From: Actinomycetales bacterium
Lineage (GTDB): Bacteria; Actinomycetota; Actinomycetes; Actinomycetales; Dermatophilaceae
DNA: 63,956 bases
Direction: 5' to 3'
NCBI GenBank assembly: GCA_038199265.1
Contig: JBBPZD010000113.1
Coordinates: forward strand, 1-63,956
Shown here: in pieces, positions 20,198-28,645 of the stretch
Numbering within the stretch: position 1 is the stretch's first letter
Layout: each line of letters begins with the position of its first letter
Program-made: the position numbers and the translations under genes
Notes under the pieces: model-generated
The model's database searches: none
Told to the model about the DNA's origin: nothing
The model's input: only the letters and a program-made list of their open reading frames with translations

Positions 20198-20890
20198 ATG
20201 ACAGCAGTACTCACGCCCGATGAACTCGAGGACGCACTCCGGGCTCATGCCAAGCAGTACCACAGTGAGCACCCCTTCTCCCGGCGGATGAACGAGGGGC
20301 AATCCAGCCCGGAGGAGATCCGTGGTTGGGTGGTCAATCGGTTCTATTACCAGGTGAACATCCCCCGCAAGGATGGCGCGATCCTCAGCAGCTGCCCGGA
20401 CCGTGAGGTACGGCGCCGCTGGGTGCAGCGCGTGATCGACCACGACGGCAGCACCGAGGGAACGGGTGGGATCGAGTCGTGGCTGCGCCTCGGCGAAGCT
20501 GTCGGCTTCACCAGGGAGGAACTCGATGACGAGCGACACCTACTCCCGGGGGTGCGGTTCGCTGTCGATGCCTACGTAACCTTCACGCGCACCCGGCCGT
20601 GGGTGGAGGCGGTGGCCTCCTCGCTGACTGAGCTGTTCGCACCCGACGTGATGGCAAAGCGTCTTGCGGCATTCGAACAGCACTACACGTGGATAGACCC
20701 CGGGGAGCTTGCCTACTTCCGTGCTCGTATCACCCAGGCACCCCGCGACTCCGAGCACGGTCTGGAGGTGGTGCGTCAGCACTGCGTCACCCCGGAGACG
20801 CAGACAGCCGCGATGGCAGCGTTGTCCTTCAAATGCGACGTGCTGTGGAGCATGCTCGACGCGATTGACCAGGGCTATGGAAATCGTTGA
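20198..20890 (+). CDS. pqqC: Pyrroloquinoline-quinone synthase PqqC
   Basis: YH..HPF, NRFYYQ..IPRKD, DHDG, VRFAVDAY, SLTELFAP and FKCDVLW. Confidence 0.96.
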   Translation: MTAVLTPDELEDALRAHAKQYHSEHPFSRRMNEGQSSPEEIRGWVVNRFYYQVNIPRKDGAILSSCPDREVRRRWVQRVIDHDGSTEGTGGIESWLRLGEAVGFTREELDDERHLLPGVRFAVDAYVTFTRTRPWVEAVASSLTELFAPDVMAKRLAAFEQHYTWIDPGELAYFRARITQAPRDSEHGLEVVRQHCVTPETQTAAMAALSFKCDVLWSMLDAIDQGYGNR

Positions 20891-21155
20891 CGGGGCCGCC
20901 CGGCCCAGATTGGCGCCGCACGTGCGGATGGTCTTCGACGCCGCGCGAGAGCAGTACACGCTGCTGTCGCCGGAGTCGATTCTCATCATCAACGCAACCG
21001 GCGCCGCGATAGTGAAGTTGTGCGATGCCCAGCGGACCGTGGCAGACATTCAATCCGAGCTGAGCAGCCAATACGACCAGGTCGCGGACGGCGAGGTGCA
21101 ACTCTTCATCGCTGATCTGGTCACCAAGCGCGGTATGGAGGTAGACCATGGATAA
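20877..21155 (+). CDS. pqqD: PQQ biosynthesis peptide chaperone PqqD
   Basis: RPRLAPHVRMVFD..R....LLSPE....N.TG..IVKLCD; lies between pqqC and pqqE. Confidence 0.92.
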   Translation: MEIVDGAARPRLAPHVRMVFDAAREQYTLLSPESILIINATGAAIVKLCDAQRTVADIQSELSSQYDQVADGEVQLFIADLVTKRGMEVDHG

Positions 21156-22332
21156 GCCCTACGGGATGCTGGCTGAACTCACGTACTCCTGCCCCCTGCA
21201 TTGCGCCTACTGCTCCAATCCTCTCCAGCTCGACGACTATCGAGATGAGCTGAGCACCACGGAGTGGCAACGGGTCTTCACCGAAGCCGCCGACCTGGGC
21301 GTGCTTCAGGTGCACCTCTCCGGCGGCGAGCCGCTGCAGCGCCACGACATCGTCGACCTGGTGAAGTGTGCCAACCAACTGGGCCTGTACACCAACCTGA
21401 TCACCAGCGGACTCGGATTGTCCAGCCGTCGCGCCGAGCAGCTCCGCGACGCAGGCCTCGACCACGTGCAGCTCAGTATCCAGGCCGATGAGCAGGCTCT
21501 ATCTGACCAGATCGCCGGCACTGTCTCATTCGAGCGCAAACAGGTGGCTGCGCGCCTCGTCAAGCAGTTGGGCTGGCCACTGACTCTGAACGTGGTGCTG
21601 CACCGAGAGAATATCGACCGCATCAGCGGCATCCTGGAGATGGCGGTCGCGATGAAGGCCGACCGTGTAGAGCTGGCAAATACGCAGTATGCCGGCTGGG
21701 CAGGGCCCAACCAGGCCGAGTTGCTGCCGAGCAGGGAGCAGCTGGAGCGCGCGGAGACGGTGGTGCGGGCTGCTCGGGAGCGGCTGGGGCAGCAGATGGA
21801 GATCATCTACGTCATTCCCGACTACTACAGCAAGTATCCGAAACCCTGCATGGACGGCTGGGCCAGTCGCCAGTTCACCGTGGTGCCCAACGGCGAGGCG
21901 CTGCCATGCCCGGCTGCCCATGAGATAGCCCGCTCCCTCGGCCTGCCCCCGGCCAGCGTGCGGGAGCACCCCCTTGAGTGGATCTGGGAGGAATCACCGC
22001 TGTTCCAACAGTTCCGCGGCGATGCCTGGATGCCGGATCCGTGCCGCAGCTGCGAGCGCAAAGAGATTGACTTCGGTGGTTGTCGCTGTCAAGCCCTCGC
22101 GCTCACCGGGGACGCCGCCCGGACTGATCCGGTCTGTCACCTCTCGCCTGACCACGGGTTGATCGAGGCCGCGGTGTCTGCAGCGAACGACCCGGCGCGG
22201 CCGCGGAACGGTTCGTTGATTCCCCGCCCACAGGTGGGCCGCCGGAAAACACAAGCGACCCCGGCAACCCGGGAACTGACCAGAAATACGCTCATTTCGC
22301 TGTCTCCGACCGTATTGGAGGGAGAAGAATGA
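21148..22332 (+). CDS. pqqE: Radical SAM/SPASM PqqA peptide cyclase PqqE
   Basis: AELTYSCPLHCAYCSNP, SGGEP, PKPCMDGW and CRSC...DFGGCRCQA. Confidence 0.96.
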   Translation: MDKPYGMLAELTYSCPLHCAYCSNPLQLDDYRDELSTTEWQRVFTEAADLGVLQVHLSGGEPLQRHDIVDLVKCANQLGLYTNLITSGLGLSSRRAEQLRDAGLDHVQLSIQADEQALSDQIAGTVSFERKQVAARLVKQLGWPLTLNVVLHRENIDRISGILEMAVAMKADRVELANTQYAGWAGPNQAELLPSREQLERAETVVRAARERLGQQMEIIYVIPDYYSKYPKPCMDGWASRQFTVVPNGEALPCPAAHEIARSLGLPPASVREHPLEWIWEESPLFQQFRGDAWMPDPCRSCERKEIDFGGCRCQALALTGDAARTDPVCHLSPDHGLIEAAVSAANDPARPRNGSLIPRPQVGRRKTQATPATRELTRNTLISLSPTVLEGEE

Positions 22333-22868
22333 TTGGTTTGATAGGTCTCGGTTTTGCCCTGAGCCTGGACAACTTTCGGACATCGATAGCGCTCGGAGGG
22401 CTCAAACCGACCTTGCGGCAGTCAACTCAGACGTCCCTGATCTTTGCCCTCTGGGACGGTCTGGCACCGATCGTCGGGTTGTTGGGCGGTGGGTATCTGA
22501 GCACCAGGATCTCCGCCGCCGGTGAAATGATCGCAGCGGCCGGACTTGCGTCATACGGCCTGTGGCTCATCGTCAGGGTGATCCGGTCACCCGAGCATGC
22601 CGATTTCGGCATGAAAACAGCCAGGCGCTGGCTGCCCATACCGTTGAGCATCGATAACGTCGCTGCGGGCGCGGCACTCGGTTTGGCGGGATATTCGCCA
22701 TGGTTTGCGCCGTTCCTGTTCGCGGCGACGACGTTCGTCATGTCGGTCGTCGGCCACCAGGTCGGCCGTACAGTGGCCAACTTCTTCCGCTTCCGCACCG
22801 ACCTGTGGACCGGGATCGCGTTTGTCCTGATGGGTGGCCTGGTTGTCGCGGGCGTAGGTGATTTCTGA
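22329..22868 (+). CDS. MntP/DUF204-like membrane protein, copy 1
   Basis: Two repeats ALSLDNF and PLSIDNV in about 6 TM helices; ATGA-coupled to pqqE. Confidence 0.75.
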   Translation: MIGLIGLGFALSLDNFRTSIALGGLKPTLRQSTQTSLIFALWDGLAPIVGLLGGGYLSTRISAAGEMIAAAGLASYGLWLIVRVIRSPEHADFGMKTARRWLPIPLSIDNVAAGAALGLAGYSPWFAPFLFAATTFVMSVVGHQVGRTVANFFRFRTDLWTGIAFVLMGGLVVAGVGDF

Positions 22869-23068
22869 TGGCGGACATGCGCTCGGGCGACCTGGGAGAC
22901 GCCGTTGTGCGCCCGCCGTGCTATCTGTGTGGCGAGTCGTACACCTCGGTCGATGCCGGTCGGCACACCGAGTCGGTCGATTGCAAGGTTTGTCCGGGCT
23001 GCAATTCAATGCCCGCTTGCTTCACGTGTCGGAACATGTACTGCTCGTGTGCTTTGCACCAACACTGA
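22868..23068 (+). CDS. Small cysteine-rich protein (66 aa, 9 Cys)
   Basis: TGATG coupling to the upstream gene; CxxC...CxxCxxC.....CxxC....CxC..HxH. Confidence 0.6.
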   Translation: MADMRSGDLGDAVVRPPCYLCGESYTSVDAGRHTESVDCKVCPGCNSMPACFTCRNMYCSCALHQH

Positions 23069-23092
23069 TGGCGCAAGGAGTTCTGAGCACAC

Positions 23093-25333
23093 TCAGGACT
23101 GATCGAACCGATCGAGGTTCATGACCTTGACCCACGCGGACACGAAGTCCTGCACGAAGGTCTTTTCAGCGTTCGGACCGGCGTAGAACTCCGACAGCTC
23201 GCGCAGTTCCGAATGGGCACCGAAAAGGAGATCAGTGCGACCGGCGACCCACTTCAGTTCGCCGGTGCGCCGGTTGCTGCCCTCGTAGGTCGTCTCCACA
23301 GTGGTGTTGCCCGGGATCGGCGTCCACACGATCTCGATGTCGAGCAGGTTGACGAAGAAGTCGTTGCTCAGGGAGCCCGGTGTCGAGGTAAGCACGCCAA
23401 CAGCGGATCGGCCGTGGTTCGCACCGATCACGCGCAGCCCACCGAGCAGCACTGTCATCTCCTGGGCGCTCAACGTCAGTTGATTCGCTCGATCGATGAG
23501 CAGCAGTTCAGACGGCAGTCGGTTGCCGGTGCCGAGGTAATTACGGAACCCGTCCGCTGTCGGTTCCAGCACGGCGAACCATTCGGGGTCGGTGCACTCC
23601 TGCGTTGCATCGGTGCGTCCCGGTCGGAACGGGACCTCGATGTGGTGACCCGCACTGGCAGCAGCGGCTTCGACCGCAGCGCACCCGCCAAGCACGATGA
23701 GGTCAGCAAGCGAAATCTTCTTGCCGCCGCGCTGACATTCATTGAACTGAGCACGGATCTGCTCAAGCGTGTCGAGCACCGAGAGCAGCATTTCAGGCTC
23801 GTTGACATCCCAGCTCAACTGCGGTGCCAGCTGGATGCGGCCACCGTTGGCCCCACCTCGTTTATCGCTATTGCGGAACGTGGAGGCCGACGCCCACGCC
23901 GTCAGGACCAGCTCCACCATTGACAAACCCGACTCGAGTAGTCGGCTCTTGAGGGCGGCGACGTCGTCCGCGTCGATGAGTTCGTGGTCAACGGCTGGTA
24001 ACGGGTCCTGCCAGATCAGTTGTTCGGACGGAACCAGCGACCCCAGATACCGCTGGGCTGGGCCCATATCGATGTGCGTGAGTTTGTACCAGGCCCGCGC
24101 GAATGCGTCCGCCATCTGGTCCGGGTTCTCCAGGTACCGCCGTGCGATCACCTCGTATCTGCGATCCTCCCGCAGTGCCAGGTCGATAGTGAGAACCGTG
24201 GGTGCATGTGTCTTGGACGGATCGTGAGCGTCCGGAACGGTGCCGGCGCCCGCGCCGTCTCTCGGGATCCACTGCCACAGACCGGCAGGGCTGAGCGTCA
24301 CGTCCCACTCATAGCCGAAGAGTGTCTCGAGATAGCTGTTGTCCCAGGTGGTCGGGGTCGGCGTCCAGATTCCCTCGAGCCCACTGTTGATCGTGTCGGC
24401 ACCGTTGCCCGTACCGAATGGGTTCGCCCAGCCCAGGCCCTGCGCTTCGAGCGGCGCCGCCTCGGGTTCAGGTCCGAGGTCGTAGGTGCCCCGGTTGGCC
24501 ACTCCGTGGGTCTTCCCGAACGTGTGCCCACCCGCAATCAGCGCGACGGTCTCCTGATCGTCCAACCCCATCCGAGCGAACGTTTGACGGATATCGCGCG
24601 CCGAAGAAATCGGGTCGGGCACCGTGGCGGGACCCTGTGGGTCGACGTAGATCAGCCCCATCTCGGTCGCTGCCAGCGGCTCGTCCAGATCCCGGATACC
24701 ACTGTGCCGCTCGTCTGCGAGCCATTCGTGTTCTGGGCCCCAATAGGTATCGTCGGCCTCCCACACCTCCTCACGGCCACCCGCAAATCCGAAGGTCGTG
24801 AACCCCATCGATTCCAGTGCTCTGTTACCCGCGAAGATCATCAGATCAGCCCAAGAGATCTTGGAGCCGTACTTCTTCTTCACCGGCCAGAGCAGGCGGC
24901 GCGCCTTGTCCAGGTGGCGGTTGTCAGGCCATGAGTTGAGCGGCGCGAAGCGCAGCATCCCCGCGCTCCCCCCGCCCCGTCCGTCAGTCGCGCGGTACGT
25001 TCCGGCGCTGTGCCACGCCATCCGCAATATGAGCGGACCGTAATGTCCGAAGTCGGCAGGCCACCAGCTCTGCGAGGTTGTCAGCGCCTCGTCGACATCG
25101 CGTGCCAATGCCTCGAGATCGAGGGAGAGGAACTCCTTGGCGTAGTCGAAATCGTCGCCCAACGGATTGGCCGCGCGGCCGGGCCGGGCCAGGGACTGCA
25201 GATTGAGCCGCAGCGGCCACCCGTCAGCTGGGCCCCCTCGTGTCCCACGATGACTGCTCCCCTTGAGCGACCGGCGCGTGTCCACGGTGGCGTGGTAAGT
25301 CCGGGTGACGTACGTATCAGGGTTTCCAGGCAT
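23093..25333 (-). CDS. katG: Catalase-peroxidase
   Basis: [48 protein letters not shown] and KVMNLDRFD. Confidence 0.96.
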   Translation of the reverse strand: MPGNPDTYVTRTYHATVDTRRSLKGSSHRGTRGGPADGWPLRLNLQSLARPGRAANPLGDDFDYAKEFLSLDLEALARDVDEALTTSQSWWPADFGHYGPLILRMAWHSAGTYRATDGRGGGSAGMLRFAPLNSWPDNRHLDKARRLLWPVKKKYGSKISWADLMIFAGNRALESMGFTTFGFAGGREEVWEADDTYWGPEHEWLADERHSGIRDLDEPLAATEMGLIYVDPQGPATVPDPISSARDIRQTFARMGLDDQETVALIAGGHTFGKTHGVANRGTYDLGPEPEAAPLEAQGLGWANPFGTGNGADTINSGLEGIWTPTPTTWDNSYLETLFGYEWDVTLSPAGLWQWIPRDGAGAGTVPDAHDPSKTHAPTVLTIDLALREDRRYEVIARRYLENPDQMADAFARAWYKLTHIDMGPAQRYLGSLVPSEQLIWQDPLPAVDHELIDADDVAALKSRLLESGLSMVELVLTAWASASTFRNSDKRGGANGGRIQLAPQLSWDVNEPEMLLSVLDTLEQIRAQFNECQRGGKKISLADLIVLGGCAAVEAAAASAGHHIEVPFRPGRTDATQECTDPEWFAVLEPTADGFRNYLGTGNRLPSELLLIDRANQLTLSAQEMTVLLGGLRVIGANHGRSAVGVLTSTPGSLSNDFFVNLLDIEIVWTPIPGNTTVETTYEGSNRRTGELKWVAGRTDLLFGAHSELRELSEFYAGPNAEKTFVQDFVSAWVKVMNLDRFDQS

Positions 25334-25353
25334 CGGTTGTCTTCCCGCGATGT

Positions 25354-25402
25354 CGCGACCGGGGGTGTAAGGCTGGTGAGTCAGTCAACACCCCCCGACG
25401 CG
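25354..25402 (-). terminator. Stem-loop between pqqA2 and katG
   Basis: On the minus strand CGCGTCGGGGGGTGT...ACACCCCCGGTCGCG (two mismatches); homologous to the hairpin after pqqA1. Confidence 0.6.
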
Positions 25403-25407
25403 TTCGA

Positions 25408-25515
25408 CTAGTTGTCCGAGGTTGCCACGTAAGCAGTGACCTCAGCGGATACGCGGACCTGGGGCGCCGCAGGCGTCTGCCACGGTGGCAGAGTCTGGCC
25501 GACGAACTGAGCCAT
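25408..25515 (-). CDS. pqqA: PQQ precursor peptide PqqA, copy 2 (35 aa)
   Basis: GAGGAAGG RBS; MAQFVGQTLPPWQTPAAPQVRVSAEVTAYVATSDN. The last 15 aa are identical to copy 1. Confidence 0.92.
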   Translation of the reverse strand: MAQFVGQTLPPWQTPAAPQVRVSAEVTAYVATSDN

Positions 25516-25552
25516 CAGGTCCTTCCTCTCTCGATATCTGGACGATATTTGA

Positions 25553-26059
25553 TCAGGCAACGAATAGCAGGACAGGTACCGCGATGATCGACGCGACACC
25601 AGCGATACCGGCCGTGAGAATTTTGTTCTCGTGCACCTTCGGGATGGCGCGCACGATGGCGACACTCACGACGACGCCACCCAGGGCAAGCAGCGTGCTC
25701 GACGCGAGCTGCAAAGCGGCTGATGACGCTACCGAAGAGGAGTTGTCGAGTAGGCCGAAGCTGATGTTGTCGAGTGTCAGGGCGATTGGAAGGGCCCACA
25801 CCCAGCGGGTGTTGGCGACTCTCTGCGCGGTGATGGCCACGATGACCAGATAGACACCCAGGGCCAACAAAGCCGTCCCCGACACGATGCTGGCAGTGAG
25901 CTCAGACATCTCGTAGTGCAGCGCCGTCCCGAGAAGGAAGGCCCCGGAATCGGCTATTCCGAACAACATGGCGAACGGCAACCATGAACGGCGAGGAAGG
26001 AGGGCACCTACGGCGAGACATGCGATGAAGCTGTCAATTCCAAGTGCTAAAAAACCCAT
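25553..26059 (-). CDS. MntP/DUF204-like membrane protein, copy 2
   Basis: ALGIDSF and ALTLDNI repeats; multi-TM; RBS GAGAGG. Confidence 0.7.
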   Translation of the reverse strand: MGFLALGIDSFIACLAVGALLPRRSWLPFAMLFGIADSGAFLLGTALHYEMSELTASIVSGTALLALGVYLVIVAITAQRVANTRWVWALPIALTLDNISFGLLDNSSSVASSAALQLASSTLLALGGVVVSVAIVRAIPKVHENKILTAGIAGVASIIAVPVLLFVA

Positions 26060-26112
26060 GAGGACCTCTCTCGATCAACGAAGAGATGAAAAGGCACGTG
26101 TTTTGCCTCAGC

Positions 26113-26271
26113 ATCCAGAATCCGCTCGCTTGTCCAAACACCTCTTTTCGAACCGGGCGTAAAACGCACCGTATGCCGCTTGAACCCACGGGAACAGACA
26201 TTGCCGCCAGACCGCCACACGCTGCCGCTCGCTCCCAACAAGGAGCCGTTCGTCGTGAGACCTGGATCACA
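26113..26271 (-). promoter_or_regulatory. Promoter/operator copy 2
   Basis: On the plus strand: TGAGA-N6-TCACA (26256-71); GCCGTTCGTC (26245), GCCGCTCGCT (26224) and GCCGCCAGAC (26203) at 21-bp period; ACCGTA (26168-73). Spacing is the same as in copy 1. Confidence 0.7.
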
Positions 26272-26525
26272 CGGCCGGGCGACGTGCACGCATGCGGCTG
26301 AATGCTGCCGCCGCCGAGACGTGCCACCACCCCCGGACAACAAAATCGGCTGCCAACCGAATCAGTGACCAGCGTTGAGTGGGTGAGCACCGGGAGCACC
26401 CACCTGAGTATCTTGATCTATGCATCGCAGTGGCAGATAGCCTGTTGTGAAGTAACCACTACCCGTTCATGTCGGGCCTGTTCCGATGTCCCGTGCGGGC
26501 TTATGAACAGATCGAGAGCGCCACA

Positions 26526-27926
26526 ATGTCAGGTGTTCAACGACTCCAGTCGGCGTCCCGCACCTCGACGAAGACTGATGTCTACAGCGCGTGGGAACGC
26601 TTCGTGCAGGGCGATGACGACATTTCAGGCGTGCGGCCCGAAGTCGCAGTCTCCTGGCAGCGATCGCGGGATCAGTACCGCGTGGACCCGTTTCTATCGG
26701 TGGCACCGACGGCGGTCTCACAGTCTGCACACCCCCTCGACCACGACGTGGTCTTCGCAGAGTTGGGTTTTCGTGCCGCCGCCATCGCGCACGAGGTGGC
26801 GAACGCAGGAGGCGTTGTGATGGTTGCCGACGCGAACGGCGGGGTCCTGGGGGCTTGGGGTGATAAAAACACCCGTGCGATCGCCACTGACGGCGGACTT
26901 GCGCCGTGGTTCTCCTGGTCTGAGGGCGCGGTAGGTACGAACGGCATGGGCACCGCGCTCGAATCCCGGCACGCGATGATGATCAGTCGATCGGAACACT
27001 GGTGTAAGACTTTCCACGAGTGGTCCTGTGGCGGCATCGCTGTGCGAGACGTCGTCAGTAAGGATCCGATCGCGGTCCTGAACATCTCGTGTTGGCGAAG
27101 TGACCTTCCAGCGTCCGCGCGCGCGTGGCTGGAAGGTGCCGCGACCTACACCCAGTCCAGCTTGCGCAAGCGCGCGGGAGAAAGCGGTAGCGAGCTACTC
27201 GCAGCCTTCAGCCGTGCCCGAGCTCAGTCGACCGAGCCACTCGTCGCCGTCGACAGGGCTGGCGCGGTGGTCGTTGCCGACGACAGGGCGAGCATCATCC
27301 TCGGTGTCCCCGGCAATACCCCGGCGATCGATCCCGCAGTGCGCTGGACTCCGCAGTTGCCCGCGTTCATCCACGCCGCCCGCTACGCGACCGATCAGGC
27401 GGAGTCAGACCGGGATTGGACTGGTTCGACTCAGCTCTTCATCCCCCTCGCTGACGAACCGTCCCTGATCGGAATCCGGCCCGTGTTCCTTTACGGCAAT
27501 CTGATCGGCCACCTGATCTCTTTCGGTGCCTTCCCGGGTGAGCAATTCCCACACCACGAAGTAGGGCGATCCCCACAAGGGGGGTCCCGTCGGATCGTCG
27601 CCGTCCGTGAGGAGAACCGAATGGTGCTGCTGCGGACTGCGGAGGTCGCCGTGGCCGAATCGGACCATGACGACGTGTGGCTGGTGACGGATGAGGGAAG
27701 ATTGCGGGCGGCCCTATCCGGCCTCGACAAACTCGACAACGAACTGGCCGGCACCGGTACTTTCATGCGGGTCCACCGTCAGTATGTCGTCAACTTGGAC
27801 CGAATTCGGGAAGTCGAACGTCGAGACAAGGGGGAACTGATGCTGGTGATGGACGATAGCGAGAACACCATGGTGCCCGTGTCCCGACGGAACACTCGTG
27901 CGGTACGCCGTGCGCTCGGCATCTGA
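26526..27926 (+). CDS. Transcriptional regulator with AcoR-type GAF domain and C-terminal LytTR domain
   Basis: VRPEVAVSWQRS, WSEGAVGTNGMGTALE and EHWCKTFHEWSC (AcoR-like GAF); FMRVHRQYVVNLDRI...VPVSRR (LytTR). Confidence 0.88.
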   Translation: MSGVQRLQSASRTSTKTDVYSAWERFVQGDDDISGVRPEVAVSWQRSRDQYRVDPFLSVAPTAVSQSAHPLDHDVVFAELGFRAAAIAHEVANAGGVVMVADANGGVLGAWGDKNTRAIATDGGLAPWFSWSEGAVGTNGMGTALESRHAMMISRSEHWCKTFHEWSCGGIAVRDVVSKDPIAVLNISCWRSDLPASARAWLEGAATYTQSSLRKRAGESGSELLAAFSRARAQSTEPLVAVDRAGAVVVADDRASIILGVPGNTPAIDPAVRWTPQLPAFIHAARYATDQAESDRDWTGSTQLFIPLADEPSLIGIRPVFLYGNLIGHLISFGAFPGEQFPHHEVGRSPQGGSRRIVAVREENRMVLLRTAEVAVAESDHDDVWLVTDEGRLRAALSGLDKLDNELAGTGTFMRVHRQYVVNLDRIREVERRDKGELMLVMDDSENTMVPVSRRNTRAVRRALGI

Positions 27927-27929
27927 GGC

Positions 27930-28541
27930 TCATCGCCCCCGGAGAGAGCTGGTGCTGAGCGGTCGTAGAGCAGCAGCGAACGCATCAAGTTCCGCGAAGG
28001 GGGCGGTACCGATGACCACGGTGCTCAGTCCGCCGAGCGGCCCAGGTCGCACGAGCGAGCGCTGCTCGCCGTCACTGCGTTCCCAACGGGTCCAGGTCTG
28101 CCCTGCGATCGACGACGTGCCGACCTGCTTGGAGGCACCGATCTGTTGCTTGGTCCAGGCCTCGCTCGTACCAGCGGTTTGGACGACGGCGGCGTACTTG
28201 TTGTCCGGTGAGGTGTAGCCCGCCTGCCAGGTGTTCGGCTTACCGGAGATCAAGGTCACGTTGGTCGCGGTCCACCCCTGCGGCAACTGATCGGCCACGG
28301 CCACGTCCCACTTCTGGGTCTTGCTGACGTCCCGGGCGATCGATGCGACGTTCGCCGTCGTGGGCCGCACATTGTCGACCCTAGGCGTCAGTGCAAACAG
28401 GACGAGACACCCTGCGACCAACACCACCATCGAGGTGATGATGCTCTTCGCGGTGCCGCTCATGCCGCGTCGGGCGGGCGCGGGCGCAGGCGCGTCGGAC
28501 GTTTCAGCGGGTGGGGAAGTCACCTGTCTATGGTCGCGCAT
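27930..28541 (-). CDS. DUF4245 family protein
   Basis: Single TM, LPQGWTATN, WQAGY..P; divergent from glpX as in other actinobacteria. Confidence 0.82.
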   Translation of the reverse strand: MRDHRQVTSPPAETSDAPAPAPARRGMSGTAKSIITSMVVLVAGCLVLFALTPRVDNVRPTTANVASIARDVSKTQKWDVAVADQLPQGWTATNVTLISGKPNTWQAGYTSPDNKYAAVVQTAGTSEAWTKQQIGASKQVGTSSIAGQTWTRWERSDGEQRSLVRPGPLGGLSTVVIGTAPFAELDAFAAALRPLSTSSLRGR

Positions 28542-28645
28542 GCGGATTGTCTGACGACATCCGCCCGGTGTGCCTTCGCTGGCTACACTCGCGATGGAGT
28601 TCGAGGGTCCACTTCCAGGGCCCTACCCGCTGACGAAGGAGCCGC

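Noticed and set aside
21148-22332. Radical SAM/SPASM plus short peptides as a novel RiPP or mycofactocin cluster
   Set aside because: The pqqB/C/D context and E-x-x-x-Y precursors identify it as PQQ biosynthesis.
13705-27929. Island as an active mobile element
   Set aside because: No integrase, transposase, tRNA target or flanking direct repeat was found. It is treated as an accessory block in a variable slot between xseB and DUF4245.
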